A DNA stretch of 14,896 nucleotides from Candidatus Heimdallarchaeota archaeon. Its GTDB lineage: Archaea; Asgardarchaeota; Heimdallarchaeia; Hodarchaeales; Hodarchaeaceae. The stretch lies in assembly GCA_020353515.1 (NCBI GenBank), contig CP070695.1:2115575-2130470 (forward strand), read 5' to 3'. The translations under genes were made by a program, and so were the position numbers. The notes beneath the pieces are model-generated. The model searched no databases. It saw only the letters and a program-made list of their open reading frames with translations, and was not told the origin of the DNA. Of this stretch, positions 7,306 through 14,896 are shown piece by piece (within the stretch, counting starts at the first letter, position 1; the number at the start of each line of letters is the position of its first letter).

Positions 7306-8583
7306 ATGATTGATATTAAAGTGTTTCGTGAAAATCCCCAGATTATTCGTGACTCAGAAATTAAACGTTTTAAAGATCCCAATCGAGTAGATGAAGTCAT
7401 CGCATTAGATTCGAAATGGCGGTCATTATTACAGCAAGTGAATGAGCTCCGGAAAGAAAGGAATCAACTTAGTCGCGAAATTGGCCCAATGAAGAAGAAA
7501 GGGGAAGATATCGAACCACTGAAAGAGAGAGTAAATCAAATTAAATTAGAAATTTCCTCCCTTGAAAAGTCAGTAAAAGATACATTAGAAGAAAGAGATC
7601 GATTACGTTATAGCATTGGTAATATATTATTACCAGGGGTTCCAATTGCTGAAACAGAGGAGGGGGACGTCACATTACGCGAATGGGGAACCATCTCAAA
7701 GTTTCCCTTTAAAACACGAGCACATACAGATTTAGTTGAATCTCTTGGTCTTGCTAACATTGAAAAAGCTGCTCAAGTTAGTGGAGCTAGAACATTTTTT
7801 TTAACAAATCAGATGATTTTTTTAAATTTAGCCTTGATCAGATTCGCTGTAGACTTTCTCGTTAATGAACGTGGATTTATTCCCATGTGGACTCCTCCTT
7901 TCATGCGTCGTAAATCAATGGAAGGAGCTAGTGAGCTAGGCGATTTTGAAGACGCGTTGTATAATGACCCTAAAGAAGATGTATTTTTCATTGCTACATC
8001 CGAACAACCTCTGGCCGCATTCCACATGGGTGAACTACTAGATGAGGATACACTACCCCGTAAATATTGTGGAATCTCACTATGCTATCGTCGGGAAGCT
8101 GGAAGCCATGGAAAAGATACAAAGGGAATTTTTCGGGTTCATCACTTCCATAAGGTCGAACAATTTGCCTTCACTCATCCAGAAAAATCTCAAGAAATGC
8201 ATGAAAAAATGATTGGAAATGCAGAGACATTATTTCAACGGTTAGAATTACCCTATCGTATTGTTAATATCGCTTCAGGTGAGTTAAATGACAACGCAGC
8301 CAAAAAATATGATCTGGAAGCATGGTTCCCTGCTCAAAACACTTATCGCGAATTAGTTTCCTGTTCCAATGTAACAGACTATCAAGCTAGAAAACTTAAT
8401 ATGACCTTTGGTAAAGCTGGAGGAGATAAAGATTATCTTCACACATTAAATTCAACTGCTATTGCCACTGAACGGACTCTCTGTGCCATATTAGAGAACT
8501 ATCAACAAGAAGATGGGTCAGTTCTCATTCCGAAGGCTTTACAACCACATATGAATGGAATAGAGAAAATTTCTCCACAATAG
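7306..8583 (+). CDS. serS: Serine--tRNA ligase (standard type, class II)
   Basis: N-terminal coiled-coil arm (MIDIKVFRENPQIIRDS...), IATSEQP, motif 2 CYRREAGSHGKDTKGIFRVHHFHKVEQF, ELVSCSNVTDYQAR, and motif 3 HTLNSTAIATERTLCAILEN. Confidence 0.97.
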   Translation: MIDIKVFRENPQIIRDSEIKRFKDPNRVDEVIALDSKWRSLLQQVNELRKERNQLSREIGPMKKKGEDIEPLKERVNQIKLEISSLEKSVKDTLEERDRLRYSIGNILLPGVPIAETEEGDVTLREWGTISKFPFKTRAHTDLVESLGLANIEKAAQVSGARTFFLTNQMIFLNLALIRFAVDFLVNERGFIPMWTPPFMRRKSMEGASELGDFEDALYNDPKEDVFFIATSEQPLAAFHMGELLDEDTLPRKYCGISLCYRREAGSHGKDTKGIFRVHHFHKVEQFAFTHPEKSQEMHEKMIGNAETLFQRLELPYRIVNIASGELNDNAAKKYDLEAWFPAQNTYRELVSCSNVTDYQARKLNMTFGKAGGDKDYLHTLNSTAIATERTLCAILENYQQEDGSVLIPKALQPHMNGIEKISPQ

Positions 8584-8584
8584 C

Positions 8585-8591
8585 TTTTTTT
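8585..8591 (+). terminator. Possible oligo-T terminator after serS
   Basis: A T7 run starts 1 nt after the stop codon; a second T run follows near 8609-8615. Confidence 0.4.
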
Positions 8592-8666
8592 AATACTGAG
8601 AAGAGAACCTTTTTTTCTTCTGAAGGCCACCGAGCTAATTCTATATATTTGCTTATCTTTGTATCT

Positions 8667-8681
8667 GAATTTTTTATATAA
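8667..8681 (+). promoter_or_regulatory. Candidate TATA box for the 107 aa gene
   Basis: TTTATATA at 8673-8680, about 40 nt upstream of the ATG; SD-like AGGTGA at 8705-8710. Confidence 0.5.
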
Positions 8682-8719
8682 TCTAAAACAATGATGACTT
8701 TCTAAGGTGATGAAAGGAT

Positions 8720-9043
8720 ATGACCAAAAATGAAGTTGATTCTGGGACAGAAAAAGACAGTATCCACTTTCTTGATTCAATAGAATTTCCACCACCCATT
8801 GAAAACATTGAATTATCTCCAACTGAACAACGAGTTTATCTACAATTATCATTAAAATTTCAAAAAATGTTAGACGATGCTCCTAGTTTTCAGATGGGTG
8901 CTTATCGATGGAATCAAGCACTTCCTATGATTCTCCAGAGATATGCTATAACTGCTGATGTATGGGAACGAATATCAGAAATTGGAGATCAAGATGACGA
9001 TATCCAAGCGCAATTGAATCAAATGATTGAAGAAATGGAGTAA
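8720..9043 (+). CDS. Small acidic, predicted helical hypothetical protein
   Basis: 107 aa ORF filling the gap between serS and the convergent UbiA gene, with its own TATA-like and SD-like elements. Confidence 0.75.
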   Translation: MTKNEVDSGTEKDSIHFLDSIEFPPPIENIELSPTEQRVYLQLSLKFQKMLDDAPSFQMGAYRWNQALPMILQRYAITADVWERISEIGDQDDDIQAQLNQMIEEME

Positions 9044-9078
9044 TCTTACCTGTAATCATAATTTTTCAATGAGATCTG

Positions 9079-10023
9079 TTAAATGAAAAAGCTGCTTACG
9101 TAAATGAGGGCTGTGGCCCACCATAAAGACCAGCGAGTATATTTTCGTCCTTTGATTGCAGTCTCTAAGGTAGGATTACGAATTAGTAAGATTGTAGTAA
9201 AGAGTAACAAAATTACTAATAGAATAAAACCTATTAGGAATACCCAATTATTTCTAAAACCCAAAAAAAACAATAACGACCCAAAAAATATACTTATTAG
9301 GTATATTATTCCTGAAATCCGTGCTGCCCAATGGGATCCTAGAGAAATTGCTACTGATCGTTTTCCTGTTTCTAAATCTCCTTCAATATCCATAATATCT
9401 TTCAAGACCTCTCGACCTAACGCTAAAAATAATACAAAAAAACAGATTACAAGAATATTCAGGAAGACCCACTCGTTTAAAATTCCTACAAGGAGGGTTC
9501 CCATCAAGAATGGCGCAACATATCCTGTACTCACCCAAGCATTTCCAATAATTCCATATTTCTTTACCCCCAAATTATAACCGATACCTAATCCAATGAA
9601 AAATAATGCAAATAGAATTAATAAAGGTGATAACCCATAAAATACGACCTCTATGACTGTGACTAAAAAAGCAAGAAAATAAAATCCGATTGCGAGGTTT
9701 CTTGCAACGTGTAAAGGTATTGTTCCTCGTACTAAAGGACGATCAAAACGTTGGTTTAATACATCATTAGAATAATCAAAATAGTCATTAATCACATGTG
9801 TTCCAGCTATCATAGAAAAAGGAACAAGAAGTCCAAGGAGTACACCATCTAAAGGGACTATTTCATTGTTCAGAATAAATTCAAAAAAATTCTGTGGAGA
9901 GAAATTAACCTCATTTGCTCCATTTAATCGATAGCTAAGGTAACCTGCTATCATTATAACGAGGCTGGCAAGGAAACATAGGCTAATTCGTAATAAATCA
10001 GAAATATCTTTAATTCTTGACAT
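9079..10023 (-). CDS. UbiA prenyltransferase, probably digeranylgeranylglyceryl phosphate (DGGGP) synthase-like
   Basis: Asp-rich motifs VINDYFDYSNDVLNQRFDRPLVRG and REVLKDIMDIEGDLETGKRSVAI; the RE-x-x-KD-x-x-D-x-EGD form is typical of archaeal DGGGPS. Multiple TM helices. Confidence 0.85.
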   Translation of the reverse strand: MSRIKDISDLLRISLCFLASLVIMIAGYLSYRLNGANEVNFSPQNFFEFILNNEIVPLDGVLLGLLVPFSMIAGTHVINDYFDYSNDVLNQRFDRPLVRGTIPLHVARNLAIGFYFLAFLVTVIEVVFYGLSPLLILFALFFIGLGIGYNLGVKKYGIIGNAWVSTGYVAPFLMGTLLVGILNEWVFLNILVICFFVLFLALGREVLKDIMDIEGDLETGKRSVAISLGSHWAARISGIIYLISIFFGSLLFFLGFRNNWVFLIGFILLVILLLFTTILLIRNPTLETAIKGRKYTRWSLWWATALIYVSSFFI

Positions 10024-10044
10024 ATAACCAGATGATTAAGCAAA

Positions 10045-10833
10045 CTAAATATATGTTTTATCCTTGACAGGATGTTGAATATCAGCTTCGATAGCATCTT
10101 GGGCTTGATTTCTCATAGAGAGAGCCATTTGCTCAATTTTTTCAGCTTGGGCAAGAATAGGTTCAATACCAATATTTAACGAGGGAATAAGGTGATTCAA
10201 AACCTCAATCACTCTGGCAGCAGTCCGAACCTCTGGATAATGTTGACGAACTTCTCCTAAAATTACTATGACTTCGGAACGATTATACCAACCTTCATTT
10301 AGTAATACTGCACTTAATCCCTTAATTACTCCATGATCTAAAGGAGGGATATCTTTCTCTCTCAAATAATCTCTACACGATTCTGTTGTTCCTACTCCAT
10401 AGACACGATAGGGCATCTCTCTTGGAGATTGAGTATAATCACTCTTAAAACCTTCAACTGAAACAATACGTTCAATACCTTTTTCTTTAGACCAATTGAA
10501 TATTTTTTTACCTATTTCACGAGTAATAGGGGGATATTGAGGGACTTCAGATGCAAGGAGTGCCACTCGAATCTCTTGACTCGCGTAGATCCGTATTGGG
10601 AATTTAGGTTTAGAATAATATACCACACAAATCGCAGGGATTTGATTGCTATCACCTACAGCAACTTGATCAAGATTCCACTCATCTCGTCTCCCTGCAG
10701 ATTCAAGAATAATGTTTGCTGTAATAAGAGCGAGAGCACTTATGGAGGGAAAACATTCGATTAGTGTTCCCCCTTCTAAATCCATATCGATGACATCACG
10801 TATCTCAAAATAGTTAGAATTCATCATAATCAC
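10045..10833 (-). CDS. PAC2-family proteasome assembly chaperone (PbaA/PbaB-like)
   Basis: Motifs TLIECFPS, PKFPIRIYAS, IERIVSVEG, VYGVGTT, GVIKGLSAVLL, YPEVRTAARVIEVL and LAQAEKIE; C-terminus KTYI. The start may be GTG 10833 or ATG 10827/10824. Confidence 0.85.
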   Translation of the reverse strand: MIMMNSNYFEIRDVIDMDLEGGTLIECFPSISALALITANIILESAGRRDEWNLDQVAVGDSNQIPAICVVYYSKPKFPIRIYASQEIRVALLASEVPQYPPITREIGKKIFNWSKEKGIERIVSVEGFKSDYTQSPREMPYRVYGVGTTESCRDYLREKDIPPLDHGVIKGLSAVLLNEGWYNRSEVIVILGEVRQHYPEVRTAARVIEVLNHLIPSLNIGIEPILAQAEKIEQMALSMRNQAQDAIEADIQHPVKDKTYI

Positions 10834-10981
10834 TGAAATATGCTCTCTGTTAAAAGAGTAAAAACGTAATAATAAAGATTCCCTTTTCAGCTAAAAATTT
10901 AGCCCGAAAAAAGTACTTTTATCTCAATTTGAAGCCCAATGTATTTTTGAATTTCTTTCCCTTGGATTGAGAAATATTCAG

Positions 10982-10997
10982 AAAAAAAGAAAATAAA
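10982..10997 (-). terminator. Probable oligo-T terminator of hsp20-cdc48
   Basis: The minus strand reads TTTATTTTCTTTTTTT about 15 nt after the cdc48 stop. Confidence 0.55.
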
Positions 10998-11011
10998 GAG
11001 AGGAGGGCTCC

Positions 11012-13213
11012 CTAAACAAAAGATAAACGATCTACTTCCTCTTGCATACCCTCTAGTTTTTGAGTAGGAGTAATCCGTCCTGTTTTACGAGTACCTAGAA
11101 TCTTATCATAAGCCTCCTCAAAATGTCTTGCAGAGACTTTGTATCCGCTAAAATCCTCGTCTTTCTCTTTTATGCTAGGGAGATGATCTTCTATCGCGTT
11201 GAGAACAGCTTCGTGACATAGCCCAGCCAAATCTGCTCCTGAAAAATTCTCTGTTTTTTTGCTTAATGCATCCAAATCAGTATCTGCTGCTAAGGGTACC
11301 TCTCTTGTATGAATCTTGAGAATCTCTAAACGAGCGGTTTGATCAGGAAGACCAATAGTAATTATCTTGTCAAATCTGCCTGGCCGTAACAGCGCAGGGT
11401 CGATCATATCGGGCCGATTTGTCGCTGCAATAACGACGACCCCTTTAAGTTCTTCTAATCCATCAAGTTCAGTTAAGAATTGACTAATCATCCGTTCTGT
11501 TACCCCTGAATCGAAAGATTTACCTCTTACAGGTGCAATGGAATCAATTTCATCAAAGAAGATAATCGAAGGGGCTGCTTGTCGAGCTTTACGAAACACT
11601 TCACGAATCCCTTTTTCGGATTCACCAACCCATTTTGATAGCAATTCTGGACCTTTTACACTGATAAAGTTTGCTTGTGTTTCATGAGCAACTGCTTTCG
11701 CTAAAAGGGTTTTACCTGTCCCAGGAGGTCCATAGAGGAGAATCCCTTTGGGCTGTTGAGCTCCCATATGAGAGAAAAATTTGGGATGCTTTAGGGGAAG
11801 TTCAATACTTTGTCTGATTTCCTTTTTCTCTGAAATAAGTCCTCCAACATCTTTCCACCCGATATTTGGGACTTCAACAAAGACCTCCCGTAGAGCAGAA
11901 GGTTGAATTCCTAGGAGAGCTTCATTGAAGTCATTTTGTGAAACTTCAAGCTCACTCAAGATGTGAGCAGGAATCGTATCTTCCTCAAGATTCAATTTCG
12001 GAATTACTTTCCTTAATGAGTGCATTGCAGCCTCTTTAACTAATTGCTCAAGATCAGCTCCAACAAAGCCATGAGTTACTTCTGAAAGATAATCCAAGTT
12101 AACATCATCTGCTAGTGGCATTCCTCGAGTATGAATCAGTAAGATTTCCTCTCTACCATGTTTATTCGGAATACCTATCTCAATCTCACGATCAAAACGC
12201 CCTCCTCGCCGTAACGCAGGATCTAAAGCATTAACACGGTTAGTTGCACCAATTACGACAACATCACCACGATCACTCAATCCATCCATGTTTGACAAGA
12301 GTTGAGCAACCACTCGTCGCTCTACTTCTCCAGTGACTTCCGATCTTTTTGGTGCAATTGAATCTATCTCATCAATAAAGATGATACTAGGAGAATTCTC
12401 TTTTGCTTCATCAAAAAATTGACGTATCCTCTGTTCACTCTCTCCATAGAATTTTGACATGAATTCAGGTCCAGAGACAGAAATAAAGTGGGAATCTGTT
12501 TCTGTAGCTACTGCTTTCGCAAGTAAGGTTTTTCCAGTACCAGGAGGACCATGCAATAATACCCCTCTTGGGGGTGTGACTCCAAGACGTTTGAATAGTT
12601 CGGGATGTCTCATTGGAAGTTCAATCATTTCACGAACTTTTTGGATTTCCTCACCCAATCCCCCAATGTCCTCATATCTTACTCTCTGTAATGTTTCTTG
12701 CTTAATATCTTTAACTGGGGTCTGTGAGATCGCAACTCGAGTATTTTCTTGCATAAATACAGCTCCACTACTCGGGGATATTTTTGAGACAACAAGAATT
12801 ATTCGTTGATTGTAAACAGGAATTTCAATGAAATCACCTTTAGTAAGAACACGACCCATTAGAATATGTTTGAGATGTCTTTCCCCCCCTTGGATTCGTA
12901 AGTTCTGAATAGGGGCGAATTCTATACGAGTAGCGTTTTTGGGTTCAATAGAAACAATCTCAATAGTGTCATCTATTCCCACTCCAGCATTACGACGTGT
13001 GCTACCATCTATACGAGCGATTCCTGTATTACGATCACCGGCATATCCTGGCCAATAAATAGCAGCTGTACGGCGTTTTCCAATTATCTGTAGAGCGTCA
13101 CCAGCAGAGATGTCAAATTTTTCAGCAATTTCAGGGTCAATACGAATAATTCCCCGTCCAACATCACGTGCGGCGGCTTCTCTTACTTTACATTCAAATG
13201 TATCATTAACCAT
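11012..13213 (-). CDS. cdc48: CDC48/VCP (VAT) family double-ring AAA+ ATPase
   Basis: N-domain [11 protein letters not shown]...[10 protein letters not shown]; two GPPGTGKT Walker A motifs; Walker B IIFIDEID and IIFFDEID; SRH ATNR...[11 protein letters not shown] and [11 protein letters not shown]; SD AGGAG at 13224-13228 (minus strand). Confidence 0.97.
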   Translation of the reverse strand: MVNDTFECKVREAAARDVGRGIIRIDPEIAEKFDISAGDALQIIGKRRTAAIYWPGYAGDRNTGIARIDGSTRRNAGVGIDDTIEIVSIEPKNATRIEFAPIQNLRIQGGERHLKHILMGRVLTKGDFIEIPVYNQRIILVVSKISPSSGAVFMQENTRVAISQTPVKDIKQETLQRVRYEDIGGLGEEIQKVREMIELPMRHPELFKRLGVTPPRGVLLHGPPGTGKTLLAKAVATETDSHFISVSGPEFMSKFYGESEQRIRQFFDEAKENSPSIIFIDEIDSIAPKRSEVTGEVERRVVAQLLSNMDGLSDRGDVVVIGATNRVNALDPALRRGGRFDREIEIGIPNKHGREEILLIHTRGMPLADDVNLDYLSEVTHGFVGADLEQLVKEAAMHSLRKVIPKLNLEEDTIPAHILSELEVSQNDFNEALLGIQPSALREVFVEVPNIGWKDVGGLISEKKEIRQSIELPLKHPKFFSHMGAQQPKGILLYGPPGTGKTLLAKAVAHETQANFISVKGPELLSKWVGESEKGIREVFRKARQAAPSIIFFDEIDSIAPVRGKSFDSGVTERMISQFLTELDGLEELKGVVVIAATNRPDMIDPALLRPGRFDKIITIGLPDQTARLEILKIHTREVPLAADTDLDALSKKTENFSGADLAGLCHEAVLNAIEDHLPSIKEKDEDFSGYKVSARHFEEAYDKILGTRKTGRITPTQKLEGMQEEVDRLSFV

Positions 13214-13266
13214 GGTAAATCCACTCCTTCTTGGTATAAATTGAAAATTTGGTTCTCAATTAGAGA

Positions 13267-13698
13267 CTATTCAACATTAACTTTGGTTTTAGGAACCTTA
13301 TCAACAAAGGGGGCGGTGATTGTCAAGATACCTGCTTTAAGGAGAGCTTTTATCTCGTTTGGACGTATGCGTTTCTTAAAATAGAAATGATGTCTGTAAT
13401 GGTTTTTAAATTCAGTACCCTGAGCTGAAAACCATAATTCATCATTTGTAGCCTCTAGATTGATCTCGTCTCGTGAGATCCCAGGTATTTCCATAGTTAT
13501 ATTGTATTTCTCTTGATCACGTTTAACTTGAGTAATAGGAACCCGAGCCCCCTTATTAATCCAATCTCCCGAGTGCCAAAATCCCTTTTTGAAAAAAGGC
13601 TTCATTCTTGGAAATGTTTTCCAGAAAGTATGAAAGGGTGGGAAACAATGAAAATTAAAATCATTATCTTCATTACGATCATTTGTCTTATCATTCAT
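13267..13698 (-). CDS. hsp20: Small heat shock protein (Hsp20/alpha-crystallin domain)
   Basis: YNITMEIPGISRDEINL...IKALLKAGILTITAP, with a C-terminal V-x-V (IXI-type) motif KVNVE. Located 53 nt upstream of cdc48. Confidence 0.9.
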   Translation of the reverse strand: MNDKTNDRNEDNDFNFHCFPPFHTFWKTFPRMKPFFKKGFWHSGDWINKGARVPITQVKRDQEKYNITMEIPGISRDEINLEATNDELWFSAQGTEFKNHYRHHFYFKKRIRPNEIKALLKAGILTITAPFVDKVPKTKVNVE

Positions 13699-13729
13699 CT
13701 TGTTTCTTTCCTTAATTATCCTTATATGC

Positions 13730-13758
13730 TTTAATAACCAAAATATTAGTTATGTAAA
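13730..13758. promoter_or_regulatory. Imperfect inverted repeat, candidate repressor operator of hsp20-cdc48
   Basis: TTTA-ATAAC-N10-GTTAT-G-TAAA, lying 15-43 nt downstream of the TATA box on the minus strand. Confidence 0.4.
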
Positions 13759-13772
13759 TTTATTCACACTAG

Positions 13773-13786
13773 TTTATAACTTTTAC
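13773..13786 (-). promoter_or_regulatory. BRE + TATA promoter of hsp20-cdc48
   Basis: The minus strand reads GTAAAAG-TTATAAA: a purine-rich BRE directly before a TATA box, about 75 nt upstream of the hsp20 ATG. Confidence 0.65.
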
Positions 13787-14010
13787 TCACATGGCAAATA
13801 TAAAATAAAATTCTAATGTTTTATATCTTCAATCGCCAAGTACTCTTTTACAATATCCTTCCTCTTAAGAATAATAATCTACATACCAATAAAGATAATT
13901 AAACCGATTTTTATGCCATCTAACATCAAATTTACCTAAGAACAAAACCAATAACAGTAACTGAGATGATTATTCATCACAAGAAACAATACAGTACACT
14001 AGGTTTGAAG

Positions 14011-14895
14011 TCAGGAAAGCTTGTTTGATCGCTTTTTACGATTCAATAAAGCCATAACACCAAGAACAAAAATTCCAAAGTAAAAAATAAATCCCGAACT
14101 TTCAACCTTTTGGGTTTCATCTATTGATACTGTCAAATTTGACTCTGCCCTTTTCCCATCACTGTTTTCCACAAGGATCTTTATTTCGTTTATACTCGAA
14201 TTTTGGTAAGGGATTTCGTATGTGAGTTGTGTTTCTTGCCAATGGGGAAGAAAATTGAAAGATTCATTAATTAGAATATTTTTCCCTAGATAGAACAATA
14301 TCTTAGCTTGTGTTGGGTATCGCGTTCTGTGAGTGTTCCAAACGCTCAATTCAACTTTGGTATTTTCCCCTTCTTCAGTCTGGTTAAGAATTTTCGTTAT
14401 TTTTATTAACGGGACTTTGAAGAACCTTTCTGCTTGATAGATTTTTGTACGCATATTTGGTAGATGTCCAAATTCTATTTCCCACGCAGTTTTACCTTCG
14501 GGGGTTACTTCTGTAAGGTGAGTAGGATGAGAAAAGCTTGCTCCAAAAGCTCCGAGTGTATTTCCATTTGGAAGTCTATCAGCATCTCCCCACGGTTCAC
14601 AGTAATATTCTTCTGGAGCAATCCAAGACCAAACTTCTCTTGCTATTTTTGCATTTTCATTTACTTCAATTTCTACAAGTCGAGATCGGTGGTTTAGTGG
14701 ATTAGTTTGATTCAGATGGTCGTTATCAAATAATATAAATCGATTTGGCTCAATCATTTCAAGAGCGTGGCTATGCCACCATAATGTCGTTCGTTTTCTC
14801 CCATATTTATCATAGAGAGTGAAATCCCCTAGCTTACCAATGGCCTGGATAATCTCCCCGGTTTGTTTATTAATTTTATAGAATGTATCTAAATT
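14011..14895 (-). CDS. Arylsulfotransferase (ASST)-like beta-propeller surface protein with C-terminal membrane anchor (5'-truncated by the window edge)
   Basis: The frame stays open from 14757 to the window edge (NLDTFYKINKQTGEIIQAIGKLGDFTLYDKYGRKRTTLWWHSHALEM...). ASST-like motifs FILFDN, SRLVEIEV, WGDADRLPNGNTL, LTEVTPEGKTAWEI and IYQAERF. The C-terminus is SSGF + hydrophobic helix + NRKKR. Confidence 0.8.
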   Translation of the reverse strand, partial: NLDTFYKINKQTGEIIQAIGKLGDFTLYDKYGRKRTTLWWHSHALEMIEPNRFILFDNDHLNQTNPLNHRSRLVEIEVNENAKIAREVWSWIAPEEYYCEPWGDADRLPNGNTLGAFGASFSHPTHLTEVTPEGKTAWEIEFGHLPNMRTKIYQAERFFKVPLIKITKILNQTEEGENTKVELSVWNTHRTRYPTQAKILFYLGKNILINESFNFLPHWQETQLTYEIPYQNSSINEIKILVENSDGKRAESNLTVSIDETQKVESSGFIFYFGIFVLGVMALLNRKKRSNKLS

Positions 14896-14896
14896 T

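Noticed and set aside
7809-8852. Antisense ORFs 7809-8027 and 8502-8852
   Set aside because: They overlap serS and the 107 aa gene on the opposite strand and have no motifs.
13790-14010. AT-rich intergenic stretch as a possible ncRNA or small gene
   Set aside because: No GC-rich stem, tRNA cloverleaf or convincing ORF is visible by eye.
9104-14697. Plus-strand ORFs 9104-9580, 10537-10764, 12459-12809, 13513-13734 and 14464-14697
   Set aside because: All are antisense to well-supported minus-strand genes; the Lys/Asn/Ile richness of 9104-9580 mirrors the hydrophobic codons of UbiA.
14755-14757. ATG at 14757 as the start of the ASST-like gene (likewise ATG at 17 for the first gene)
   Set aside because: Both frames remain open to the window edges with protein-like sequence and lack signal peptides, so these are probably internal Met codons.

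Overview
AT-rich archaeal window whose gene content points to an Asgard archaeon, possibly Heimdallarchaeia (inferred from gelsolin, longin/uDENN-like domains, an archaeal DGGGP synthase-like UbiA, PAC2, Cdc48 and a CTERM-like anchor). The left arm (+ strand) carries three adjacent eukaryotic-signature-like genes. The first is a 5'-truncated, sequon-dense single-pass membrane protein with a cytoplasmic longin-like domain. The second is a protein with longin-like and uDENN (NPRL2/FLCN/C9orf72-like) domains and a GCN4-like leucine zipper. The third is a two-domain gelsolin extended by a 44% proline linker and a possible third, divergent gelsolin-like domain. This trio is the best candidate for an undescribed system: a surface-to-small-GTPase-to-actin module. 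It is followed by a GPH/MelB-type MFS symporter, serS and a small acidic hypothetical protein. The right arm (- strand) carries a truncated, membrane-anchored arylsulfotransferase-like protein, then hsp20-cdc48 with a BRE/TATA promoter and a candidate operator over the predicted start site, then a PAC2 chaperone and a UbiA prenyltransferase. No tRNA, rRNA, CRISPR array or mobile element was seen. All domain calls are by-eye motif recognition; no searches were run.
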